DNA of 62,999 nt, counting the filler, from Collodictyon triciliatum (Eukaryota), in assembly GCA_043381765.1 (NCBI GenBank). It is 7 parts of 7 records of this genome, joined end to end, with 100 filler letters (N's around TTAATTAATTAA, not from the genome) between each part and the next. Parts side by side here need not be neighbours in the genome. Positions count along the whole stretch, not along the records: positions 47,278 to 56,623 come from JBHJMP010003057.1; positions 56,724 to 62,999 come from JBHJMP010003065.1; 5 more parts are not named here. One strand, written 5' to 3'. Of this stretch, positions 51,090 to 62,999 are shown piece after piece. Numbering within the stretch: position 1 is the first letter of the stretch; each line of letters starts with the position of its first letter. The position numbers were made by a program, and so were the translations under genes. The notes beneath the pieces were generated by a model. It searched no databases. It was not told where the DNA came from and was given only the letters and a program-made list of their open reading frames with translations.

Positions 51090-54000
51090 TCAAAACAAAC
51101 TGGTGAAGATGTCCGGGTCATATCCGTCATCCAGAAACAGCGTGGTGAAGATGTAATTCATAAACTGGGGGTTGTAGGTGCAGGCGCGAGTGCAGTCGGG
51201 CATGAAGGTGAACTCTAGGATTTGCGGTGTCATGTCCTGCGCGATATTGTTGTGAGTCTTTACGAATATTTGGATGTCTAGGAACGTTGAGTGGACGTTT
51301 GGTTATTGATGTTGGTGGTGATGATGATGATGATGATGATGAGACTACTTTAAACATGCTTATTTAAGTGTATGTGCATATGTGCATATAATTCAGATCA
51401 GTTCCTTGTTCGAGATTATTCGGCACAGATACCAGCGTTTGAGTTGTAACTTCGCACAACAGAATGTACTCACGTGCGTAATCATGCAATCAACCCCATA
51501 CATAGCCCTACCGTTTGGATATATGGGAATGTGGTCGGCAGCCTTTTGGTTGGTTGCCGCTTCGATGGCATCGCGTATAGCAAGGTTGATTTTTGTCTGT
51601 GGTGGGCGATATGATAAACATTCTATATCAAAATATCTCGCCAAAGGCATCAAATAAAAACTTTCACGGACTGAAAGGCCCAACTTCGATGAAGTGAATC
51701 ATACTCGAACATCCTTCCATTTGAGATGAGGAAATTGAGCCTCAAATCCTGGAATAAAGTCGGTGTACAAAAGTTTCTCAAGCGATCTGCCGTAATTCAT
51801 CACCTAAATCGCGCAAAATCATATCCATGTGATTTTCTTCAGGATTAAAATATTTACAACGAGAAGGAAAGATATATTTAGCAGGCCAAAGAAAGAACTA
51901 CTAATAACCAAAATATTTACCGTAAAGTGCTTCTCGTACTCATCGACTTTAGAAAAATAGTCAACTCAGTCAGAGACCCATTCAAGGATACACAAATTAA
52001 GCAACAGTATTGTAATTCAGATAGTTTCCCCGGCATAAAATTCTATTTTCTTTAAATGCTTTCCCGTGTTCTGAAATATATTAATTTATAACTCACACGT
52101 GTCCAAAGAAAATTGTGAGTTTGCTAGGCGAAGCCAAAATTCGTTATAAATGTAAGCCTCCAGAGGCTCTATTCTCTTAAGCAGGACGATGAAGCGCATA
52201 TCAAACTTTCTCCCTTTCCATAGCGCTGGCTGCTCGATATCTACACCAACAAGAGGGGAAAAAAATAAAGAATATTTGGAGTTCATTTCATGAAAAGCAA
52301 TTGAGAACATACACATGAAAAAGAATTGAGAATATAGTCATAAAAAATCCAGTAATTTTGCAATTTATTTTAGTGTAATGTTGTTCTTACATTTACAAGC
52401 GACCCGACTTCCGCTTTGTGTTTGTCGTGCAATCTCTAGAAGGTCGTCACTTACTGTCGTGTCCATGGACCTAGCCAAACTCCACGGCTTTACAATCCCT
52501 GCAAATGGACGGATAAAGTGAGTATAGTCAATGTGCAAAACGCATAATTAAAAATCTTGAAGAAAAAAAAAAGATAGAATAGGTCGCTAGTCAAAACGAG
52601 CACATATATTCCGCTGTTTCGTTTCTTTGCGCTCGGTGTACTCGGCGACAAATTCATCAAACTCTGTTTGCAAGTTGAACGCCATAGGCAGAAATTCCGG
52701 ATTTCCAAAATGGACTTGGTTGACACGAGCCAAATGCTGTTTGGAGATCAAGCACGCCTCAAAGGGAAATTGGTTGACAAGGATATCACTCGAGACCTGA
52801 TTTAAGAAATATTCAAACATACACGGACGAAATATACAGAAATGATTTGAGGAAAGTGTTATTTCGTAAAACTCTGCGTAAGGTCAAGTACCTCAGTAAA
52901 ATCAATAGAATTATTTAGCCAGATGATTTTAGCTTTATGTGACTCTTCAGGGCCAACAATCTGAAACTCTGGGACTCTTACAAAATCGCGTACGAAGGAC
53001 GAGTTTGTAAAAACAAAGATAGGTTCCTGGAATGGACAGGCTCAGGATATTGGTATGATTAAATGAATAGAATACGGAAATATATTGAATTTAACAAGAA
53101 AATTACTTTTGTCAAGAGCAAACCTTAATTTTGATTGGTCGTTCCAGGAACCTAAACGTTCGGTGTGGGTCAATAGCAGATAAAGAGCGGTTATGAGCTG
53201 CCGAAGTTTTAAATAGTGCAGCAGCTGCTTTGCTTCGGCGGGATTCCAACTTAGCCTTTTGTTTTTTATTTCATGGATTTAAAAAAGAAGAAATATTTCC
53301 CTATTTCTTGATGGCAAATAAAATTTTATAAAAAGCATTAAAAAAAATCATGTAACAAATCTCAGAATTAAGACAATAGAAACCTTGCACTTTTCAAGGT
53401 AGCCCAATGGATTTTCGTGAAGCCCCCATGAGAAGCTGAGAAAGTCTTTTCGATCATCTTGTCCGTATAGAAAGTCTCGGGTGCATGCTTCCATGTGCGG
53501 AATATCCCTTTTAAATATATTTGAGGCAAATATGTAAAACTCGCACAATCAAACGAAACAACGACACTGGAAGAGTTCTTACGCAACATGATTATGATAA
53601 GTTTCCACTTTGAAATGTTTAGCAATCTTAGGTACTTAGATGTATGCAGTGCTTATATAAACATACATCACAGGCCAGAAGATGCTATAAGCTGAGTTGC
53701 GCATAGAGTCAAAAAAAGGCACTAAAATGCAATTTGGAGAGGCATGGTGCGAAATACTGGAGCCCACTTCATCCATTAAATACCATGTGGGTGTCATCTC
53801 GTAAAAGTCTAGAAATTCATCGTATCAAAAGGATTTATAAAAGATTTGGTGTGAATTTGATTTATAATCTACAACTTTAGCAGCGGTAGTGGAAAGTTGG
53901 GAATGTACAAATCAACAGATAAAATATTGACAAATTGGAAGCCATGCATATATTTTTCATTTTTTAAAAAAAAATTTCATCGTAACAAGAGAAAATAAAA

Positions 54001-56445
54001 GAGATGAAGAGATATTCGAGTTGATTGCATATAGCAAAATCATTTTTCAAAAATAAGAAATAAGAAACAAAAAAGTAACAAAAAAGTAACAAAAAAGTAA
54101 CAAAAAAGTAACAAAAAAGTAACAAAAAAGTAACAAAAAAGTAACAAAAAAGTAACAAAAGGAAACAGAGCGCAAGCTCTCAAACAATAGGTAATTTGTA
54201 AGCAATAGCCAAACTGTCATGCAGGAGGCAAGCTTTTACCAGATCCAGTGATGCGATAGGTTTGGCTATAGATCCACGAATGAAACAGCACGCGGTCGAT
54301 TTGAGCGTCAGTATCGGTAGAGGAAGTCACACCAAACCTACGGTCGATGTTGTTCAAAACCTGTAATTAAGTCGGTGCGTGTTAAAATCAGCTGTCATTA
54401 ATAAAATAATTATAATCATAGTGTTCATGACAGATGCTAATATCCGTTTTTAAAGCTAGCAGAATTGTGTTGCACCTGAATACTTTTTAACTGGTCCAGT
54501 ATTCGCGCTCTAGTGAGTCCATTATTGTAATCAATTTGTAGTCTTTCGAGATTGGGAAGTGTCTACAACAAGGGTGCAGATGCGGATTTCAGACAAAAAG
54601 CATTTAGAATAAAAAAAAGCTTAAAAAAGAAAAGAAGGATGGTTCATCTAATAGTCACCTTTAAGATTTCTAAGACTCCGTCGTCCAAGGGATTTCCTTT
54701 TAGATTAAGGGACACAAGATTGTTGAGCTGGTCAAACAGGTCACGTTTTAGGAATTTGATGTTTCGGTCAGACAAATCCAGTTCAAACAGCGTTGAGATA
54801 TCTTCGGTGTCTGTGATGGTTCTGATGGCCCATGAATGATAACTGCATGAAAATACAGAATAGGCTTAAATATTTGACTGTATGAACTTTTGTAGCAAAC
54901 AAACACTCTCGTTTATGGTATTTTTTTTTTCATTTTACAGTTGACCACAAATTGTTTTCTGTTAGGAACAAAAACATAGGTATGCTATTCATATGAAATA
55001 TTTTATTCCGACATTCTCAACAGATGAGAATAATACTTATCAGTAAACTTCCTATCAATGATTTGCAGTCCCTTTATTTGTTCTAACAGGATTTTCGTGT
55101 ACGTGGCCCGAGATTCCTTTGATAAAGAGTTTGCCGACTTAATAAATATTATAAATAAGGAATAAAAAAATGTCAATTTATTTAATTTTATTTTTTTGCA
55201 CAAAAGGAGAATAAGCGTAGTAGCGTTGAGAAAGTGAAAACAAACTATGAAACGGAACATTCGTCCGTTGGAACGAAATTTATGGCTTAATTGGTATTGG
55301 ACACCACATATTTATTCACATATTTTATCCTTACAAAAATCAAAAGTCAAGAGCGACCATGGGGATAGTAAAGATACCTCATTTTCATATAGCATCGTTC
55401 CAGAGAGCCATATGCCTTTGAGATTCTGAAGTTTGCATATTATTTTGCACGTTTCTTCGAGTTCTTCCAGCGGAAGAGGATTATCATTCAAGGACAAAGA
55501 CTCGACAAAAGGAAACGATTCTTCGATGCCCAATCCATTTAATGTGGCGATATGCTTTCCGTCTAGGTCGATGGACAATACAGACCCATCGATGCTGCTC
55601 AAGTAATCCTGAAATATGATAGGAAAAGATGAAGCATATTTCAGAGACACTAAATCATTTGATTAAGTGCCACCCAACGCTGAATTCATGGCTAAGTTCG
55701 CTCATCTGACTTAGCAAAAGGCATATGCACATATACATCGGGGTACCTTTGCTGATGCTTCGTTACTTTCACCCTCATTTTCACTCTCACTATACTCCTC
55801 ACCGACTCTGTTCTCATCGGCATCAGGGGTAGAATCACCTTCGTTAAGACCCATCATTCGCTCCATTCTCGCCAAGAGAGCAGGAGTTTCCACAAGTTGC
55901 TTTCGAGCGCCCGCAATGTCCGGGAAAGTCCAGGCATGGTCGACAAGATAGATGTCCGACTCTGCTTTCAACCCGCCTGCAGTTGCGAACAAAATAATGA
56001 TGAACAAACTTACTTCGGTTTTCTTTTATGAACAACTGCCTCTAATTTAATGAAATGCGATATAAATACAGAAACATAGAAAAAAGCAAAATAAAAATAA
56101 AAATAAAAACAAAAAACAAAATGCTGTAAGTCAACACACTATATACAGACCGACAATCTACAAACCTTCGGAGCTAACTTTAAGCTGAAACCTGGGTAGT
56201 GTGCGTTGGATGTAATTTGCAGAATAGCTCGAAGATGGTTGGAGGCCGTCTTCGTCTGGAAGGGCAAGGCAAAAAGTGCTGCCAGCATCAAATACCTCGT
56301 GCTGCAGTTTCTTTGCCAGGACAGGCCAAAGTTGTTGCGGTACTTTCAATATCTCGAGCTGGCCGCGGTGCTTTTGCAGAAACAAGCTCTCGTAGTCGCT
56401 GTCTGTGCCCATGTCGGTCAGGCTTGAGGCAGACACCCCTTCCAT
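51090..56445 (-). CDS. TTLL12: Tubulin-tyrosine ligase-like 12 with LRR insertion, multi-exon
   Basis: KLQHEVFDAG, IYLVDHAWT, WYLMDEVGSSISHH, VNQFPFEACLISKQHLA, WIVKPWSLARSMDT, KFDMRFIVLL, FWLRLAN, DEYEKHFT|VMNY, RAMYGVD and PQILEFTFMPDCTRAC, then TGA at 51092-51090. Confidence 0.93.
54067..54160. repeat. (AAAAAAGTAAC)n intronic tandem repeat
   Basis: Directly visible, about 8 copies. Confidence 0.9.
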
Positions 56446-56526
56446 TCTTTTAACCTGTGTTGGACTTATCAGCTTTGTCTTTGTCTCTTCTGTCTCTTCT
56501 GTCTCTTCTGTCTCTTTTGGCTTTTT

Positions 56527-56623
56527 TGTTTGTTTGTTTGTTTGCTTGTTTGTTTGTTTGTTTGTTTGTTTGTTTGTTTGTTTGTTTGTTTGTTTGTTTG
56601 TTTGTTTGTTTGTTTGTTTGTTT
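56527..56623. repeat. (GTTT)n microsatellite at contig end
   Basis: Directly visible. Confidence 0.95.
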
Positions 56624-56723
56624 NNNNNNNNNNNNNNNNNNNNNNNNNNNNNNNNNNNNNNNNNNNNTTAATTAATTAANNNNNNNNNNNNNNNNNNNNN
56701 NNNNNNNNNNNNNNNNNNNNNNN
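56624..56723. other. Artificial contig linker
   Basis: 44N + TTAATTAATTAA + 44N. Confidence 0.97.
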
Positions 56724-56774
56724 TTTTTTTTAAAATTTTTTCTTTTTTTAGTTTTTATGTTTTTTAAATTTTTT

Positions 56775-56816
<42 letters not shown>

Positions 56817-58680
56817 AAATATTCATATAAGAGGATTCAATTTGTCTGTATTGATAGAAATGCAAAGTCCGTTATTAACTAAATTTTCAGTTCTATAATA
56901 TCTCTTGAAATGATTGTGGTTGCGAATTGAATATTATCAATACGGTTTTATTTTTACATCATATATAGTTTTAGTTTCAGCTCAGTGTAAAATAATATTA
57001 TCTTGGGTTCTATAGAAACTTAAAAATCACACAGTTTAGAAATCCTCAATCAAATATAGGATTTATATACGACGGATGACGAACAATGGTCAAAAGAATT
57101 TAATTTCAAAATTTTATCGATTGTAGTGATTTATGAATATGCTTTGTTTTTATTCGGCACAGCTGGTTTCGATTTAATCAATAATACTAATATGACTTTG
57201 ACATACGATTGGAATTTGAAGATATGTGTTTATTTGACTTCACTTCGAATCATCATTACAGAAAATGAGATGGTCGTTGTTATGAATCATATAAATACAA
57301 TCGAACTAATACTGAAATTGATTGCGAATTGTTAACCTATTAGGGATGATACCCAACACTCACAAAACATCCTTTGGTATTTAAATCAGTATTTAATGAA
57401 ATTTACCGAATAATAGGATTTGATTCATCGCTTGGGTCCGCTTTCTTTACACAAATGATTGTACTTCAAGCATATTTAACAACAATCACTGATACAGTTA
57501 ACTGAAATAAATCGACATTCACTCAATATAAGAATTTTTAATTTAAAACATATTTACCGAAAGACCGGTTCTAGGGCAAGATCACTTTTCTTTTTTCTCA
57601 ATTATTATCATATAGTTAAGACAAACATAAGAGTTTCCTGAATAATTGAATCAATATTATTTATCTGATAATATGACTGTTTTAACAGCTCTGATTTTTT
57701 TTTTATTAATTATAATGTATAATTATATTGTAAACTCCAAGACAATTCAATAACGGAATTTCTTATTTTTGCAAAAACATCATTATGATAATTAATAAAA
57801 TTTTATACGAATGCAACAACCAAGAACATTTGAATGCATGGAACTGACATGAATATTTTTAGGAATGACTTAAGTTCTAGCCGTCAAAATAATGTGATCC
57901 AAATTTTATTTCAATTATCTTTTAATTAATTTTAGTCATTAATCAATCCCACATAAAGCAAAAAATTATAATATACATGTCGAAAATTCATTTGTATGTG
58001 CAATCTTATACATTGTAGCTTATTTATGACTATATCGAGATGTTCAATTTATGGATTATTTTTGGTTTATTTTTTAATTAAAGATAAGAGGATTATTAAT
58101 ACTCATTAATGATGTATGAGTGTACGAAAAGACAAGTGGTTTATGAATTTGAGAGTGATCTTTTACAAGAAAAGTTGAAAATAAAAGAAGGAAAATAAAT
58201 TAATAAATCATGAAATCAAATGACGAATTTAAAAGTGTACCCTATAAAATTCATTCATTTTTTCCTAAGCAATCTATTTTTCTTGTTAATTTTCTAATGA
58301 AATATATATTTCATTCCATCAAATATATATATCATGAAAAATTAATAGTATATGATATATTGATACATAATTAACCTTCAAATAGAGAACTCCTTTATTT
58401 AATACTGAATGTTCTTAAAATCAAATTTGCTAAATTCTCCTATGTTTGGTGAATATAATATCTACAGAACAAACACTATTCAATTTTATACTGAGAAATT
58501 TATTGCAATAGGGTAGTAATGTACTCATCAAATGAAAATATAGCTGTTTTCCAACGCAGTTATGCCTTCGAATGGAGAAGGGCACCTCCCAAAAATCCTG
58601 CGATTTGCGTTTCATATTTCTTTCTCAAATAAATGCATAAGGTGAAATAGTCTTAATTTTTATATATGTACAGAAATTCG

Positions 58681-61600
58681 ATGATGTTAGTTACGTTTGT
58701 TGCCGTCGTTTTCATTGTTTCATCGGCGTCCTCAATTCATACTCGGCAAAGGTATGCTTCGATTTATGATGATTTATAAAAAAAAAATACTTTCGATTAA
58801 TATTGCAAATACAGATGCCAGTATTCAAGAGATGAGTTGCTTTCCATGAATGTCGAAAATGCATTCCAAATTCTGTTGAGCCACTATGATGAGGCGTGTC
58901 CTTTGTCAAATGAGAGTGAGGAGAATTTTTCAGAATTGGTGAATAGCTGCAAAGACGAAGAATACTCCCATGAAAATGGACATGATGCTGAATGGAATTA
59001 TGAAAGGAAATTAACATCTAGTAAGGTCGACTACTATGAAGAAATTCATTCTCCAAAACGAAGTGGAAACAGAGAACGGGTGTTGGGGATTGAAGAGAAC
59101 CGAAGTGTGGCCGATGGAAATAATGGGACCCAATACGAACTCCTTGTCCAACTTTACGATTTACTTGGCGGCTATAATTGGTTTTGGAACACTGGATGGA
59201 ATAATGAAAGTATTCCAATTTGTGATTGGTATGGAATTTCCTGCCATCAGAGTTGCTCGGATGAGGATTATAAGGTGATCTCTTGAAATGATAATAATCT
59301 CTTTTGATTTCATTTTTAACAATTTTTCTTTATGTCTATAGAGCAATACATGCCCCATATTCAGAGTCAGGATGTCAGGAAATAATCTTAAGGGTGATAT
59401 TGAAGCCGCCTCTGCGATTTTTGAGAGGTTCCAATTATTGGATTACTTGGACATGAGCTACAACTTCATTAATGGAAATCTCCCAGACCTGAATCTTCCA
59501 AGTATTACATATTTGAACCTTTATGGAAATCGAATTACTGGAACGATTCCAGACTTTCAAGGAATACCGAATATCCAACATATTGAGATTCATGGAAATG
59601 AATTGGAAGGAACAATACCAGATTTTTCTGGAATTCAGTCGCTGAAGACACTGTGGATTGGTGAAAGTGAAAAAATCACAGGTATAAACTAATTTTTAAT
59701 ATGATTTCTTCTGGGTTCTAATGATTTTTTCATTTCAGGAATTCTGCCTGATTTCTCGGGGTTGCCATATCTTCAGAACCTTCAGATTTATGGCTGCGAT
59801 ATTCATGGTTTGTTTTTTTATTCAAAAAAAAAGTGATAGCAAGAAAGTCCAACTTTATATTACAGGAACGGTTCCAAACTTTACGTGGATTCCAAAGGTT
59901 TTAGAAATATGTCTTCACAGCAATCAATTGACCGGTTAGTTTATATTATTCCATATATATTTTTGAATCATTACTTACTTTTTTATTATAGGGACAGTTC
60001 CAAACTTCAGTGGAATTCTGAATATTTTAAGAGTTTACCTTAACAACAATCAATTGGATGGTAATTATGATTGTTATTTCATTTATTATTGATAATACTA
60101 ACTTTGCATTATAGGAACCGTTCCAAATTTCAGTGAAATTCTGAGTGTTGAAAGAATTTATCTAAACGACAATCAATTAACTGGTAAGTTTTATGATTAT
60201 ATTATGAATTTTTTTGTAAAAAAAGCTGATCAAATTTTTATTACAGGAACCGTTCCAAACTTCAGTGAAATTCTGAGTGTCATAGATATTTCTCTTCTCA
60301 ATAACCAATTGACCGGTAATTTTTATTATACTTTCATGTATTATTGATGTAAAACCAACTTTATACCACAGGAACAGTTCCAAACTTCAGTGAAATTCCA
60401 CAAGTTGAAAGAATTTATCTTTCCAGTAATCGAATGACGGGTATTTTTATGATTCATCGTGTGTTTTCGATAACAGAGACTAACTTTAAAACAACAGGAA
60501 CCGTTCCAAACTTTCGTGAAATTCCAAATGTTTTAAGGATATATCTTTACAGCAACCAATTGACTGGTACATTTTTATAATTTTTTCATGCATCATTTAT
60601 AGAAAAAGCTGACTTTATATTACAGGTACTATTCCAGCCTTCAATATGATTCCACATGTCGAAAGAATTTATCTTTACAACAACCAGTTGGATGGTAAGT
60701 TTCTATTATTATTTTACTTATTATTGATAGAAAAAGCTGACTAACTTTATACTATAGGAACGGTTCCAAACTTTAGTGAGATGCCCAGTGTCGAAAGAAT
60801 TTACTTTGACAGAAACAGATTGAATGGTGATTTCTAATTATTTTCCCTTCCTTAGATTTTCATATTTCCTTAAACATTAATGATTAATTTTAGGCACAAT
60901 ACCAGACCTTTCAAATATGCGTGAACTGGAGATTTTTTCTGTCTATGATAATCAACTGGAGGGAGAGATTCCAGATTTCAAAGATTGCAAAAACATCAAG
61001 GAAATCGTTTTGTTTCGTAACAAGTTGTCAGGCACACTACCGATGTTCAATCTAAATAATCTGACAAGACTGGATGTGAGCGAAAACCAAATCAGTGGCT
61101 CTATTCCCAATTACTGGTCATTGCCATCAATTAAATACATTGACTTGTCTTGGAACACGATGAACGGCACAGTCCCAACCTATTTTCAGGAATTAACAGA
61201 ACTGAAATCACTCGTTTTGTCTCACAATAAATTTTCTGGAAGCATGCCTGATTTATTTTGGAATCTGCCTAATATAGTCACTATTGATTTGAGAAATAAT
61301 TCTTTTTCAGGAGACGTTAGTGTTTTTGTTGTTCCAGAAGCAGGCAAATTTGATTATTTTTATGAAAACCTTTTTCTTGATGATAATGGACTCCATGGAG
61401 AATTAAATTTTAGGATATTTGAATTTGTTATCAACGTAAAAACATTAAGTCTTAAGAACAACAAGATCACCAAGCTTGATGACCTTACAAATCTCTTGAG
61501 CTGGGCTTCCCTTGACCTCACTGGAAATCCGATTGTTGGAAGCATTCCCGAATCATACATCGGATTTTCAAAGCTTGAGTATCTGGGATTAAATAAAACA

Positions 61601-62999
61601 TCGATGAATCACGGAACAGCCAATTTTCTTCCTGATTTCATGAATTTTATGACACCTTTCAATCTTCAAGATGCATCGAAACGCTACCTGTGCCCTTCTA
61701 TAATTTCAAAATCTGGTCTGATTGAGTCAGATGTTGACTTGAATCCAGAATACTATGACTTTGAACTTTGTAAATGCTTACCTGGATATTTCGGCTTTGG
61801 AAACAATTGTGTTCAATGCCCAAGAGGATGTGATTGCCTTGATGGAACGTCCTTGAAATTCTGTCATGCTTCACCAAGTATTGCCTCTGTGAAATCAATA
61901 CTGCCGTGTCCACGTCGAGAGTCATGTGATGTGTCGATTCCAGAGAAAATTTCAATTTCAAATACTACAGTCGAAATGACAGATCTGTGTCAGGAAGGCT
62001 ATGAAGGTTATGCCTGTTCAAAATGTCAAAATGGATACGGAAATCAAGGCAGGTCGTGTGTGAAATGTAATAAAGGAATGATTTATTCAACCCTGATTCT
62101 TGGTTCGATTGGATTTTTTATGTTCATTTGCTATCTGTATTTCACAGAGACATCAAAATCAGGTAAATGTTACTAAATTATTTCACTTTTATGATTCCTA
62201 TACTGATCAGAATATTTTTGTAGCGAAACTCAGGATAATAATGTTCCACATGCAAACACTGTCGATTTTGTCCAGTGGAATCGTTAACTCAGAAGATGCA
62301 AACAGTTTTATCGATGTCTCGTCTTCCATCGGCTCAATCCAATTTCCCAACCTTTCTTGTGTCCTTGGAGTAGACGATGTTTTTGCTTCTCTGATGTTCA
62401 GTTTTGCAAGAATACCAATCTTTATCATTGTTGGCTCAGCTACGTACTATTTCGGATATGGATACAAACAGAACAAAGTGAGGATGAAAAAACACATTCA
62501 ATTTTAAATCTTTATATTTGATCCAGTTTCATCTTTAGTAATTCTAATTTTTTCGGCAGGCCGTTTTCATCGCATTGAATCTTCTGTTTTTTATATACTA
62601 TTCGGTCGCAAGAGAGGTGTTTGGTGTTTTTGGATGCACCGTTTATGACGAAGGTGTGAATAAATGGTATTTGAATTTCAAGCCCTGGATTCAATGCAGC
62701 CCAGCCTCGGATGAATATCAAAACCTGCTTGCAATATCTGTCCCGGTTTTCATTCTTTTCTTGGTCGGTCTGCCTGCTTTTGTATGGTGGAAAGTGAAAA
62801 TCATGACAGAAAGACCTGGATACGAACCAGGAGCGCGATATGATTTCCTTTACTCGCCATACAAAGAGGTAATTGATTCAATACTCTTTCTTTTTGCATT
62901 ATAAATTGTGAATTAATATGAGACTAATGCTATTTAGACCTTCAAGTATTGGGAATTTGTCATAATCGCACGCCGCATCTCTTTTTCGTTTGTGCTTAG
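58681..62999 (+). CDS. LRR / Cys-rich / multi-pass TM receptor-like protein, paralogue B (9 single-LRR exons; 3' end beyond window)
   Basis: Signal peptide MMLVTFVAVVFIVSSASSI. Same exon scaffold as paralogue A. The large exon is co-linear with A (CKCLPGYFGFG.NCVQCPR.C.CLDGT, EGYEG.ACSKCQ.GYGNQGRSCVKC, KLRI.MFHMQTLSI, NLLFFIYYSVAREVFGV). Confidence 0.9.

Overview
Eukaryotic (protist-like) genomic DNA with AT-rich GT-AG introns, many microsatellites and an apparently standard genetic code. The window is not contiguous. It is seven contigs of about 9.3-9.4 kb joined by artificial 100-nt linkers (44 N + TTAATTAATTAA + 44 N), so gene neighbourhoods across linkers carry no meaning. Genes supported by the sequence: a signal-peptide/WD40/Cys-repeat/multi-TM surface protein, a DnaJ+PH-like protein, an intron-rich bacterial-type (PLD) cardiolipin synthase, a cAR/GCR1-like GPCR, an NT-C2 gene fragment, a divergent TFIIB-family factor, a LINE RT relic, a desaturase-like pseudogene, a four-SOD-domain type I membrane protein, a class II CPD photolyase, an HMG-box protein, two paralogous LRR/multi-TM receptors, a sulfotransferase, tRNA-Lys(UUU) and TTLL12. 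The most striking signal is a modular surface-receptor family. One Cys-rich plus multi-TM anchor carries different repeat ectodomains: either a highly self-similar extracellular WD40 propeller on a stalk of about 60 Cys repeats, or an LRR array whose central repeats are each a separate 69-nt phase-1/1 exon (13 in one paralogue, 9 in the other, with duplicated exon+intron units). This could be a repeat-diversifying recognition system, but the function is inferred and untested.
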